A DNA stretch of 64,000 nucleotides from an uncultured archaeon (lineage in GTDB: Archaea > Asgardarchaeota > Lokiarchaeia > Sigyniarchaeales > SOKP01), in contig CAYLZE010000003.1 of assembly GCA_964388035.1 (NCBI GenBank), forward strand, positions 1-64,000, given 5' to 3'. The position numbers and the translations under genes were made by a program. Numbering within the stretch: the stretch's first letter is position 1; the number at the start of each line of letters is the position of its first letter. Shown here one piece after another: positions 20,163 through 30,692 of the stretch. A model generated the notes under the pieces. It was not told where the DNA came from, ran no database searches, and saw only the letters and a list, made by a program, of their open reading frames with translations.

Positions 20163-21320
20163 TTAAAGTACTCTATTAGCAAAAGGTATTTTTCTTACGG
20201 GATACGCCATTGCCCAAACTAGTGGTATGGTAATAATAGCCGCTAAGAAAAATTTTAAAAGTGATTCTATTTGAACTGAAAAAAGTATGATGGTTGAAAC
20301 TGTTACGATGGTGGGAGGTTGGATGATGTACACCGTGTACGAGTGTTCTGAGAGGTATTTCCATAATTTTCCTGCGGAATTAAAATAGTGTCTGAAAAAT
20401 GCAATTATAAGCATGCTGATCCCAACTGAGAAGATGGACTCCCAGAGGGCGAAAAAAGCAGATGATAATGACCCATATCCATATATGGAACCCCATCCGA
20501 GGGAACTATCTTCTGTGCCGATAACTGCAAGCAGGAATAGTGTAAAAGTTGCGATAACACTAAAACCAAAGACACGTTTCGCCATAGTGGATGGCATTTT
20601 TCTCAGCCAATCCCTACGAGCAGCAACTAGACCTATAATGAAAAAGCTCGCATATTGGGGTAAGTCAAAGAGAGAAGGGAATCCAAAGATAGAAAAATCA
20701 ATAGGGATAACAATTCTCAATAGATATGCTACTGCAGCCAAAATAAGAATAAAGACTGTTATTGTGCGATATGAAGGAAATGGTCGATTTTGTACTTGGC
20801 TTGCGGTAGAGCTTCTGGGGAAGATGCGCCATATTAAATATATGATATCGAAAATGAGGAGCATTTCGACAAACCACAGGGGACCTTGTCCCACGGCCGA
20901 TAAATATGATTGCCATGTCAGAGTCAAATTTGATTTATATCCTTGTCGAGCCAGTTGGCCTGCAGATAAGCGAAAAGTAGCAATGTAGAGTGTAATCGGA
21001 TTAAGCACAAATGTAAATATCAAGAGAGGAATGAAAAGACGAATCAATCTATCCTTCAAAAATCTCTTCGGTCCTTTGCGGTCGAATGAAGAAGGAGAGA
21101 AATAACCAGAGAGGAGGAATAACAAGCCCATGAACCAAGCCTGATTGAAAGCGGTGAAGAGTGAAAACAGACCTACAGCAGTTGCATCAGTGGCAGGTTC
21201 AATGTAGTACCAAGAACCAGAACCACCATAAGTAATAGCTAGATGGTGCAAAACTACTAAACTTATAATTGCAGCTCTGAGATAATCCACGAAATAAAGG
21301 CGAGTTTCTTGTTCTGACAT
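20163..21320 (-). CDS. Acyltransferase-3 family membrane protein (OpgC-like)
   Basis: RLYFVDYLRA..LVVLHH, FMGLLFLLSGYF, RLIRLFIP, LWFV, SYTVYII. Confidence 0.88.
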   Translation of the reverse strand: MSEQETRLYFVDYLRAAIISLVVLHHLAITYGGSGSWYYIEPATDATAVGLFSLFTAFNQAWFMGLLFLLSGYFSPSSFDRKGPKRFLKDRLIRLFIPLLIFTFVLNPITLYIATFRLSAGQLARQGYKSNLTLTWQSYLSAVGQGPLWFVEMLLIFDIIYLIWRIFPRSSTASQVQNRPFPSYRTITVFILILAAVAYLLRIVIPIDFSIFGFPSLFDLPQYASFFIIGLVAARRDWLRKMPSTMAKRVFGFSVIATFTLFLLAVIGTEDSSLGWGSIYGYGSLSSAFFALWESIFSVGISMLIIAFFRHYFNSAGKLWKYLSEHSYTVYIIQPPTIVTVSTIILFSVQIESLLKFFLAAIITIPLVWAMAYPVRKIPFANRVL

Positions 21321-21608
21321 ATATATTCTCCTAAAAAGTTCAATCCTCTAAAATTGAGAAATATCTAAAAGAATTGGGAATATGTTTAGATATTTGTTCC
21401 ACTTATTTTAATTACTCATTTAACTATACTATTTGTTTATTATTACAATTTACGGACTCTTAAACAACCCTATTATATTTTAAATTATATTAGGATTTTT
21501 TTTTCTATATTTTTCTTATAACTTCTAACCACATATTTTATTTGGGTTAGCTATAGTTAATACAAGGTCGATAATATTTATTTGAAGAATATACTTTTGA
21601 TGAAATAA

Positions 21609-22409
21609 ATGAATTCGGATAAAGAGTTTAATAATATAGAAGTAAAGAGAAGTAATGGAATTTGTAGGATAGTTTTAAATCGTCCAAATCGTTTGAATGC
21701 TTTAACCTATCCTTTAATAATGGAAATCATTGAAGTACTTGAAGGCTCAATGAAAGATAGAAAGATTAGAGTCTTGACCATCCAAGGGAAAGGAAATCAC
21801 TTTTGTTCAGGAGATGACTTGAAGAATATGGGACCGGAAGGGTTAAAATTCAGTCCCTTGGAGGATGGTTCTCGATTGCCCCATCAAAGGATGGTGCGTC
21901 TTATACGAGAAATTCAAAAACCAGTGATTGCTTTGCTAAGGGGATATTGTTTTGGAGCAGGATTTGAACTGGCTTTAGCATGTGATTTTCGTTTAGCAAG
22001 TGATGATTTGGAGATGGGAGATCATCGTGTAAATAGAGCAATTTGCATGATGAGCGGGGCTAGTTGGTTGCTTCCAAGATTAGTAGGATTGGGACGAGCA
22101 ACAGATATCATAATGTCGGGGAGGCATTTAGATGCAAAAGAGGCAATTGAAATGGGGCTCATATCAAAAGTCTATGCTTCAGAATCATTTGAAAGAGATA
22201 CTAACTTATTCATTAAAAATATGGCACGAATGCCCACGAAATGTCTCGGTTATAATAAAGCAATGTTAAATTTCTCAATGTTCCATAACTTCTTTTCTTC
22301 AATGCAGAATGAATTTGATCTATATGTCAAGAACATGACTACCAAAGATTTTGGAGAAGGATTGAAATCATTTTTAGAAAAACGTGATCCCGAATTTAAG
22401 GGAAAATGA
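21609..22409 (+). CDS. Enoyl-CoA hydratase/isomerase family protein
   Basis: LNRPNRLNA, FCSGDDL, KPVIA..GYCFGAGFELALACD, FLEKRDPEFKG. Confidence 0.92.
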   Translation: MNSDKEFNNIEVKRSNGICRIVLNRPNRLNALTYPLIMEIIEVLEGSMKDRKIRVLTIQGKGNHFCSGDDLKNMGPEGLKFSPLEDGSRLPHQRMVRLIREIQKPVIALLRGYCFGAGFELALACDFRLASDDLEMGDHRVNRAICMMSGASWLLPRLVGLGRATDIIMSGRHLDAKEAIEMGLISKVYASESFERDTNLFIKNMARMPTKCLGYNKAMLNFSMFHNFFSSMQNEFDLYVKNMTTKDFGEGLKSFLEKRDPEFKGK

Positions 22410-22537
22410 CAATAAAATCTTGGAATTTAATAAATTATTAATTTTTAATTCACTACAACTTTAAATTAAACTTAGATGATTATTATATATCTACCTCTTC
22501 TATAAAAGAGGAAGAAAAAAGATGAGGTTTAATATTC

Positions 22538-23242
22538 GTGACTGAAAACGATTCAACAATAAAAAAAAAAGATAAAGTCTATAATTTTCTGGTTAATCTA
22601 AAAACCGTGAAAATCTCTATATATTTGGCTATATTTACTTTCATTCCTGCACTTATCATTGGAATTTTGGTGGCTCAATTACACCCTGGAGGTTTTAATC
22701 CCATAGATAATTTCATTAGTGATCTTGGATCTTTCAAACATACTCCTGCTCCATATTTTTTAGACTATGGTGCGATGCTTTCGGCTTTTTGGCTTGTGCC
22801 CATGACCTTTTACATGGAAAAAGAGTTTGCTCCTTATCCAAGGAATATGGAGGAGTTAAAGAAGACCAGCAGGATGCGATTTCGATTAGCAGGAGCAGGG
22901 CTCTTTTGGCAATTATTGGGGTTAATAGGATTTTTTGGAATAGGATTATTCTCAGAGGATAGGACGACCTCCTTAGGATTGCACGGTATTTTTTCAGTAG
23001 TAGTGTTTATGGGGCTTAGCGTGGGAGGCATTTTTTATGGATTAGTCATTCTGATTTATCCTACAATTATCCCTAAGCTTTTAGGTGTTTTCATGATTTT
23101 TGTGCCTATAATTTTGACAGTGATTTACTTGCTCACCCTAATCATCATTCTTGAATGGGTCTTATTATTGTCCCTATTTGCTTGGATGATTCCGTTGGCA
23201 ATCATATTCCTAAAAAAGGTAAATAAGGAATTGGTAGCTTGA
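22538..23242 (+). CDS. DUF998-like membrane protein
   Basis: FNPIDNFISDLG, GIGLFSED, LHG..S, LEW; multiple TM segments. Confidence 0.65.
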   Translation: MTENDSTIKKKDKVYNFLVNLKTVKISIYLAIFTFIPALIIGILVAQLHPGGFNPIDNFISDLGSFKHTPAPYFLDYGAMLSAFWLVPMTFYMEKEFAPYPRNMEELKKTSRMRFRLAGAGLFWQLLGLIGFFGIGLFSEDRTTSLGLHGIFSVVVFMGLSVGGIFYGLVILIYPTIIPKLLGVFMIFVPIILTVIYLLTLIIILEWVLLLSLFAWMIPLAIIFLKKVNKELVA

Positions 23243-23368
23243 ACTTGCCTAAAAGTTGAATGTTAGTGTATAGCTAAAAAATATAATTCAGAATTTTTTC
23301 CTTTTTAAGACCAAATGAATATAAGTTTGAAAGAAAAAGAATGAATAAATTTTAATATTTTTATTTTT

Positions 23369-25987
23369 TTATTTCCTCATTTTTATGATTTTTACTACTT
23401 CTTTCCAAAAGGTAGTAATGATCGAAATTCCAATAATTAAAAGCCAATCAAAAAGATTTAGAAATTTTAACCGGAATACTAATTGAAGAAATGGTACGTA
23501 AATAATTATAAACGTGGTTGCTATGGCGGAAATTGCCCAGAAGATCATCATTTTATTGGAGCGGATACCAACTTTGTAAAGTGGGTCTCTATCGGTTCTC
23601 ATATTAAATGCTAGAAATATATTGGAAAGCATCCATGTCGCAAATGCCATGGAATTCGCTTCGGGAACACCTTGAAAATAAGCAATAAAATACACGCTTA
23701 AAACCGCAATAATTAAACTTCCTCCTCCAGCAAGAATGTTCAATTTCATCTTGGTATCGATAAATTTTGCATTAGGATCTCGGGGAGTTCGTTTCATGAC
23801 ATCGCTTTCGGATACTTCAATGACAAAAGTTGCAGAAGCAGCCAGATCCATGAATAATTCTAAAAGGATGATTTGGATGGGAGCAAAAGGCAAGGGAATG
23901 TCAAAAAGAACAGGTAATAGAAATATTACTATTAACGCTATTTTAACTGAAAGGTAAAATCTTATCCCTTTTTTTAGATTATCATATAATTTTCTACCTT
24001 CTTCAATAGCTAATGTAATAGTGGCAAAATTGTCATCTAATAATACCATGTCCGCTGTTTCTCTTGCAACATCCGTTCCAGTCAATCCCATCGCAATTCC
24101 AATATCTGCCTTTTTTAGAGCGGGAGTATCATTAATACCATCCCCGGTAACTGCAATGACTTCCCCATTTTCTTTTAAGGCACTTACGATTCTTAGTTTT
24201 TGTTCTGGGGTTGTACGAGCAAAGATATTAGTTACTTTTACCTTTTCTTGCAGTTCTTTATCATTGAGAGCAGAAAGTTGGTTTCCTCTTAGAATTCCTT
24301 CTTCCCGCATTCCCACCGCTTTAGCAATTGATTTCGCCGTAACTTCATAATCTCCCGTGATCATCTTTACTTTAACCCCTGCATTCAGGCATTTGCCTAT
24401 AGCCTCTTTCACTTCTTCTCTGGGGGGATCCAAGAATCCTATCATTCCTGAAAATATCAAATCTTTTTCCGCCTCTTCTGCAGTTACATCAAATTCATTT
24501 GCTTGGCGATATGCAAAAGCGAGAATTCTTAACCCCTTTTGACCCATTTCATTCGTAATGTCCAGTATTTTTTGTCTAGTGTCTTGAGATAATGGACGTT
24601 CTTCATTATTATTTCTTATTTTAGTAGAATTTTGTAAAATTGCTTCCGTGGCACCCTTTACGATGATCTTGAAAGTTTCACCATGTTGATATATCTGCGA
24701 CATCATCATTCGCTCATTATCAAAACTGAATTCATTCTTTAAAATATACTCCTTCTTTAATTTCTCCTCGGAGATTTTTGCTTGTTTTCCACTTTCTATT
24801 AAAGCAATTTCCATGGGGTCACCTATGTAAGAAACATTAGAATCTTCCCGTTTTTCTATGACATCATTTAATAAAAATCCCACTTCTAGTAAATCTTTTT
24901 GAGTTTCGCTTAAAGCATTAGGGTCAAATGAGGATATTTTTCCATCAGAATAAATCTCAGAAATTTTCATTTTATTTTCCGTTAAAGTTCCTGTTTTATC
25001 GGTTGCAATCACTGTAACACTGCCTAATGTTTCAGCGCCTCGTAAGTATTTAACCAAGGCGTTCTTTCGGGAAAGTATCATTGAACCTAACGCTAATACC
25101 ACCATTATTACTATGGGAAGCTCTTCGGGAATAGTTGCAAAGGAAAGACTCAATCCTGTTAGGATCATTTGAACTAAATCTCTCCCTTCAATAATACCAA
25201 TTACGGGAATGAGTATGGAAAAAAATAGAGCAACCCAAACGAGGGTATATGTTAATTGTTTCATTGCTAATTGGAGCGGGGTTTTAGGTTCTTTTATTGC
25301 TTTTGTTAACCCTGCGATATGCCCCAATTCTGTATCCATTCCCGTTGCTACCACTACCCCTTTTCCCTTACCTCTTGTAATAGTAGATCCTGCGAAGACC
25401 ATGTTCTTTCTTTCGGATACCTCCGTATCTTTTAATAGCGTAATATCTGATTTTTTAAGAATGGGCGTAGATTCACCAGTTAGAGCGGATTCATTTGATT
25501 GTAATCCAAATGCTTCTATTAAACGAGCATCCGCAGATAGATTTTGTCCCACTTTTAAAATAATTATATCTCCTGGAACTAACTTCTTCGAATTAATTTC
25601 TTGATAATCCCCTTCCCTGATTACCGATGTTAATGGAGAAGCCATTTTCTTTAATTCTTCAATGGTTTTTTTAGCACGATATTCTGTAAAAATCTCAACA
25701 AATACTAAAACAGCAATGATTGCGAAAATAGTAAGAGCGTCCCCCAGATTCCCAAAAATACTATAAATTACCCCCACAACCAATAAGAGGATGATCATGG
25801 GTTCTCTTACTTCATGACTTAAGACTCTAGCGAACTTTATTTCTCTTTCTTCTTTTAGTATATTTTCTCCTACTTCTCTAAGTCGAGATTCAGCTTCTTC
25901 CGAAGTAAGTCCCTTATTTGGATTGACATCCAATCCCTTTAACACGATATCTTTATCTTTAGACCATGCATCAAGGATATTTTTCAC
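23369..25987 (-). CDS. P-type cation-transporting ATPase (P2-like)
   Basis: LTGES, IPEELP, DKTGTLT, KGA, DPPR, MITGD, TGDGINDTPAL. Confidence 0.95.
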   Translation of the reverse strand: MKNILDAWSKDKDIVLKGLDVNPNKGLTSEEAESRLREVGENILKEEREIKFARVLSHEVREPMIILLLVVGVIYSIFGNLGDALTIFAIIAVLVFVEIFTEYRAKKTIEELKKMASPLTSVIREGDYQEINSKKLVPGDIIILKVGQNLSADARLIEAFGLQSNESALTGESTPILKKSDITLLKDTEVSERKNMVFAGSTITRGKGKGVVVATGMDTELGHIAGLTKAIKEPKTPLQLAMKQLTYTLVWVALFFSILIPVIGIIEGRDLVQMILTGLSLSFATIPEELPIVIMVVLALGSMILSRKNALVKYLRGAETLGSVTVIATDKTGTLTENKMKISEIYSDGKISSFDPNALSETQKDLLEVGFLLNDVIEKREDSNVSYIGDPMEIALIESGKQAKISEEKLKKEYILKNEFSFDNERMMMSQIYQHGETFKIIVKGATEAILQNSTKIRNNNEERPLSQDTRQKILDITNEMGQKGLRILAFAYRQANEFDVTAEEAEKDLIFSGMIGFLDPPREEVKEAIGKCLNAGVKVKMITGDYEVTAKSIAKAVGMREEGILRGNQLSALNDKELQEKVKVTNIFARTTPEQKLRIVSALKENGEVIAVTGDGINDTPALKKADIGIAMGLTGTDVARETADMVLLDDNFATITLAIEEGRKLYDNLKKGIRFYLSVKIALIVIFLLPVLFDIPLPFAPIQIILLELFMDLAASATFVIEVSESDVMKRTPRDPNAKFIDTKMKLNILAGGGSLIIAVLSVYFIAYFQGVPEANSMAFATWMLSNIFLAFNMRTDRDPLYKVGIRSNKMMIFWAISAIATTFIIIYVPFLQLVFRLKFLNLFDWLLIIGISIITTFWKEVVKIIKMRK

Positions 25988-26451
25988 TTTTTTTACCCAT
26001 TTTTACTTATTATTATTTATTCGTTTAAAAATTAGAATATTTATTCTCTTTTATCATTTATAGCTTTTAAAATAGTTGTTTATAATTCTTTGTATGATAT
26101 CGTAAATTGATATTGATATTAATCATGGTTTTTTCATATTAAATTTAAATCTTTACAAGGAAATGATAATCATTACATTAATAAGTGAATCGAATTATTT
26201 TAATTCTAATTATGGAATAAAATGTTAAAGATTGCTATATTAATCTCTTTTAAATTATATTATCGAAATTTAATAACAAATAAAATCAAATTAGGAAAAT
26301 GAGTACTTTATCAAAATTTAAAAAATGAATGATACTAGTTCATGTTTATATTATGTGCGTAAAGAGCCATTCTATAGTTCATAGGAAAAGAAATCAAGTC
26401 TAGAAAACAAATTAATAATAAAATAACACTAGTTTTGGTACTTAAAAAATT

Positions 26452-28191
26452 TCAATCATGTAATAAGAAATTAAATACAAAAGATTCAATTCCTAGGGCT
26501 TGTTGCACTGCTGCACCAAAAAAAACTTGAATTATTAAGAAACTGGTTAAAATGACACTACTAAAATGCTCAGTTCTCTCATAAATCAACCCATTTATGA
26601 TTACAACCACTAAAGCTACAAGAAAAGTTACCAAAATAGCATTGATAATAAAAAATTGAGAGACAAGAGCCATTAAAAAAAGTTGATTTACAATGGATAA
26701 TATCGTAATTGCATAAATCTTATATTTGTATGTTGGAATGAAACTAAGCATGGGATAAATGATTTTCCTATAGAAGAGCTCCATGGCTAAATAGAGGGGA
26801 TAAATAGAAAATGCTACTATGGTGTCAATCACTTCAGATGGAAAAAAAAATGCAAAGGGGTAAGAAATAGAAAACACAAAATAGATACTTAATAGGGTAA
26901 TGGTTGAAAACAAGCCATAGCTTAATACTTTTACTCTTAATTGGAATCTAACTTGATTCTTAAGGGATGATACTCTTTCTTCTTTTTTAGATTTATTTAA
27001 ATAAATAACAGAACGTATAAAGAAATACAAAACAATTATTACGAGCGGGGCAATGACCAAACTCAATACATTCAAGTATAAAAAAGAGATCTCAAATATT
27101 AGTAAAAAAATGGAAAAAGAGACCCCTATTTTAATTATATTGAAATAAATACTAGATTTCATGAAATCCACTCCATCCTCTTCTTTGGTCTTTTCTTTAG
27201 TTTTTTCTTTTTGCACTTTTACAATATCTTCTTCTTCAAAAGGCGCAAAATTGGAAGCAAATCGTATAATGGCAAGAACAACGCCAATTAAAAGAATAAG
27301 TGTGATAGTTAATAAAATATAATTCATCCAGAATGAGATAAATATTGGTCCATTAATAGTAGAGGAATGAAAAAAGATGTTTTCAAACCAATTAATAGTC
27401 CCAGTTATAACTTCATTATAGTATAGGCAATGGGGATTGATCCATCCTTGCTGCGTAACTTCTACTAGTTTGCACCCCGTAACTTTTTGAAGAACTAATG
27501 CTTGAGTTGTAAAATTAAGTAAAGGATCATCTACGTGTTGATATGCTAATAAATTTTTAGTATTATGCTTATTACATAAATTAACAGGAAAATATTTAAC
27601 AAAAAGAGGATCATTAGACAGACCCATATTAGGGCTTGGATTAACTAATGCTGCCCAAGTTACAGTCGCTTTAAAACGAGGATCTAATGCCGCATTCATC
27701 AAGACCACCATTCCTCCTAATGAGTGCCCGATCAATCCAATTTGTTCGGGATTTATTTGAGTTCTATAAACTTCAGTTGTTTCTAAATAATTCAGTAAAT
27801 TGGAACAATCTTCAGCAATTGCTGGAATGTGAGTAGTTTCATCGATATTTAAAATATTACCTCCGCTCTCACCCTGTCCTTGATAACCGAGTGCAACAAC
27901 AAAGAATCCTCTTTTTGTAAATTCAACAGGTACTCTAAGATCAACATCTTTTTGACTCCCAATTCCATGAGCCCATATAACCAAGGGATGAATTTGTTGG
28001 AAATCTAATTCCTTTGCAGGATAATATAAATTGGCATAAAGGGTTACTCCTGCAGATTCAAAATGAAGTCTATCATATTCCGGATAACTTTCATTTCGAT
28101 TAATGTAAAGCACGGACAAGGAGAACACGAATAATATGAATATAATTAATAGAGTTTTTTGCCCATAGTATTGTTGTTCAAGCTTCTTCAT
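26452..28191 (-). CDS. Alpha/beta-hydrolase with N-terminal anchor and C-terminal multi-TM domain
   Basis: WAHGIG, GHSLGG nucleophile, D and H downstream; about 8 C-terminal TM segments. Confidence 0.8.
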   Translation of the reverse strand: MKKLEQQYYGQKTLLIIFILFVFSLSVLYINRNESYPEYDRLHFESAGVTLYANLYYPAKELDFQQIHPLVIWAHGIGSQKDVDLRVPVEFTKRGFFVVALGYQGQGESGGNILNIDETTHIPAIAEDCSNLLNYLETTEVYRTQINPEQIGLIGHSLGGMVVLMNAALDPRFKATVTWAALVNPSPNMGLSNDPLFVKYFPVNLCNKHNTKNLLAYQHVDDPLLNFTTQALVLQKVTGCKLVEVTQQGWINPHCLYYNEVITGTINWFENIFFHSSTINGPIFISFWMNYILLTITLILLIGVVLAIIRFASNFAPFEEEDIVKVQKEKTKEKTKEEDGVDFMKSSIYFNIIKIGVSFSIFLLIFEISFLYLNVLSLVIAPLVIIVLYFFIRSVIYLNKSKKEERVSSLKNQVRFQLRVKVLSYGLFSTITLLSIYFVFSISYPFAFFFPSEVIDTIVAFSIYPLYLAMELFYRKIIYPMLSFIPTYKYKIYAITILSIVNQLFLMALVSQFFIINAILVTFLVALVVVIINGLIYERTEHFSSVILTSFLIIQVFFGAAVQQALGIESFVFNFLLHD

Positions 28192-28385
28192 ATGAATTTC
28201 ACTTCAATCTATGAATTTAAATAAGGAAAATTTAAAGTAAATAAAAATATTATCAGTAAAAAAAATTCATGGGGATGTATATTCCTTTTTACTTGATAAA
28301 TAATGTATATTATAGATAAGTTTTAAAATATCGGGGTTTCATTAAATTTATATGAAAATAAAGAACTAATATCTTTGAGATCCAT

Positions 28386-29105
28386 ATGACTGAAGAAAAA
28401 GATACCTTAAAAAAAATTGATGGGACAATTGATATTGTCGAGAAAATTTTTACCCAATTTACGGAAGTGCTTAAATCAGCTAGAGATGAATTAACTGAAT
28501 TGGAAAAAGATAAAGAAACATTGAGCCAAGAAACAAAGCTTCTTGAAAATGAAAAAATCCAACTAGAACAAGAAAAAAATAAATTAGAAATTGAAAAGAA
28601 AGAGCTTGAACAGGAAAAAATTCAGTTAGTAACGGATAAAGATGCACTAGAAAAAGAAACGGAAAAATTAGAAAAGGAAAAAAAAGAACAAGATCAAAAA
28701 ATAGGAAGTTTAACGGAGGAGCAACAACGATTATTAAAGGAATATGAGACCTTAAAGGTTGAGTTAAAAAAGTTAGCGAAAATCGCAGAAGAAAGCCATG
28801 AAGCAGAATTCAATTTCGAACGAATTAGGGCACTCCTATCCATTTATGCCGTATTAATAGAAGAAATTTGGCAAGGTCAGCCCCATTACAGAATATTATT
28901 AGCTCTGCATGGCGATAAAGAAGAAATGACAAGAGATGAAATTCAAAAAACGACGGGGATATCAGGAGTAATGGTAATCCGCGCAATTCACGAGTTAGAT
29001 AACGTGGATTTAGTTGAATTTGATGAAGATTCGGGGATAATTAAGTTAAAGAAACGATTATTTAACAAAAAAGATCTTGAAGAAAAGGAAATCGCAACAG
29101 AATAA
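28386..29105 (+). CDS. Coiled-coil protein with C-terminal winged HTH
   Basis: About 13 consecutive heptads (LEKDKET, LENEKIQ, LEQEKNK, LEQEKIQ...), then RILLALH..MTRDEIQKTTGISGVMVIRAIHEL...LVEF. Confidence 0.75.
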   Translation: MTEEKDTLKKIDGTIDIVEKIFTQFTEVLKSARDELTELEKDKETLSQETKLLENEKIQLEQEKNKLEIEKKELEQEKIQLVTDKDALEKETEKLEKEKKEQDQKIGSLTEEQQRLLKEYETLKVELKKLAKIAEESHEAEFNFERIRALLSIYAVLIEEIWQGQPHYRILLALHGDKEEMTRDEIQKTTGISGVMVIRAIHELDNVDLVEFDEDSGIIKLKKRLFNKKDLEEKEIATE

Positions 29106-29176
29106 TAAATAGTTAATAATTATAATCGATGATTTTATTATTAGACAAAAGCCTGAAAAATCTTAAGTCTATAATA

Positions 29177-30160
29177 TCAATCTAGTCCAATTAGCAATTT
29201 AGTGTTCATCAGTTCCAATCCCGCTTTTTTTCCCGTATCCTTAATTAAAATCTTGTTATTTTTTTTATCAAAAAGTTTCAATTTTATTACGGCGTCCATG
29301 CCTTCAAGGCACTGTCCTGCCATTGAACCCATTCGAGGTGCTACGAGATCTCCAAAAGAACATTCATTTTGGTGTAATTCTATCACGAGCCTATATTTAG
29401 AACTTTCAATAATAATTTGGATATGTGAATCATTCATCTCTAATTTTCTTATTTTTGCTCCAGTATAAGTAGTAAAAATATAAAATACTCCATTATTCCA
29501 TAACAAACTCAAAAACCCATTCAATTTCATTCCCAAGAAAGGTATCTTGGCCAGAGAAAAAATGAATGATAAGTTGGGGTTAGAAAAATGATTGGATTGA
29601 GTCCATATCCACGCGCTTGGAAAAGATTTACCCCAATCTTTTTCAATATATCCTTTTCCATCATCAAAATTTAGAGCCTTTCCTTCTATTTCTAGCATAC
29701 CTTTTAAATCATGATTCATGCTAACAATCCCATGATAACATTCCAAAAATGGGAGATAAGTTAAAAATCCCATTATTCCTGGCCTTAAGAATTTCTTTGG
29801 AAAGGGAACATGATTAAATGAATCTATTGTTCCTTTTATTTGAGAAGTAGAAGTATCGATATCAAGTCGCAATTGATCCTTAGAAAAATAACTATTACCT
29901 ATTTGGATTTGATACGTTTTTTTGGAGAGATTTTTAAACTCACTTAGAGGGAATCGGTGATATTCTACTTTAGACGATTTTCCATTAATTACTTGAATGA
30001 ATGCATGCGAGGAATCTTCTTTTTTATTTAATGCTATACCGGGAATGAATGCATACATGTGTTGTAAATCTGAGCTTACTAACTTGTTATAATATCCTTC
30101 AAAATAGATTTTACGATTTAGATTTCCTTGAAACGATTCTGGATTGCTTTTCCTCCCCAA
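29177..30160 (-). CDS. Tocopherol cyclase family protein
   Basis: YFEGYY, HAFIQVI, ECYHGIVSM, KGYIEKDWGKSFPSAWIWTQSN. Confidence 0.85.
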   Translation of the reverse strand: MGRKSNPESFQGNLNRKIYFEGYYNKLVSSDLQHMYAFIPGIALNKKEDSSHAFIQVINGKSSKVEYHRFPLSEFKNLSKKTYQIQIGNSYFSKDQLRLDIDTSTSQIKGTIDSFNHVPFPKKFLRPGIMGFLTYLPFLECYHGIVSMNHDLKGMLEIEGKALNFDDGKGYIEKDWGKSFPSAWIWTQSNHFSNPNLSFIFSLAKIPFLGMKLNGFLSLLWNNGVFYIFTTYTGAKIRKLEMNDSHIQIIIESSKYRLVIELHQNECSFGDLVAPRMGSMAGQCLEGMDAVIKLKLFDKKNNKILIKDTGKKAGLELMNTKLLIGLD

Positions 30161-30597
30161 GCACGACTCCTCTCAATTGCATTAATTTATAATAATAATT
30201 AAGAGATGAGATAAAAAATTATAGATTAAAAAATATAACATAATATCAATTAAAATATAATAAAATACCTTAAATCATTTAAAAAAACATTTTGAATAAT
30301 CTATATAGAAATTTTGTTTAAAGAAACAAGATAATGATACTATTCTCAACTTAAAACAATTTATTTAAAGTAAATTATTTATCTATGAAGGAAAATGTAT
30401 TACAAAAGTAAAGGAGTTCCTTAAAAGAATGAATTATGAAAAAATGTTTCCAACCATATAATTCATTAAGAAAAACAAAAGTGTTACAGAATACATTAAG
30501 AGAAATGGAGTTTTCTATTTATAGGAAGATCAGAAATGAAATTTCGATGAAAATGCATTTAGAAAGAAAGAGATCTTCTCTTAGAGATTTTTAATAT

Positions 30598-30615
30598 TTG
30601 TAACAATCATGACAG
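30598..30615. promoter_or_regulatory. Candidate operator, copy 3 (TTGT-N8-TGACA)
   Basis: ttgtaacaatcatgacag, upstream of TATA-like tttaaata before ORF 30693. Confidence 0.3.
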
Positions 30616-30692
30616 TTCTTTCAACAGATTAGATTTAAATATTTATGTTTTTATTAATAAATCAAGATTCATTTTTTTCACGGGGAAATAAA

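Noticed and set aside
20413-20988. 191-aa plus-strand ORF and the other short antisense ORFs in the track (for example 24021, 25209, 38580, 55122, 58228, 62198)
   Set aside because: They are shadows of well-supported genes on the opposite strand and show no motifs.
25960-26000. Upstream out-of-frame ATG before the P-type ATPase, across an A7 run
   Set aside because: The in-frame GTG gives a full-length protein; a homopolymer error cannot be judged without reads.
30380-30595. Short ORFs of about 26 and 52 aa in the intergenic region
   Set aside because: No recognisable motif or RBS; cannot be supported.
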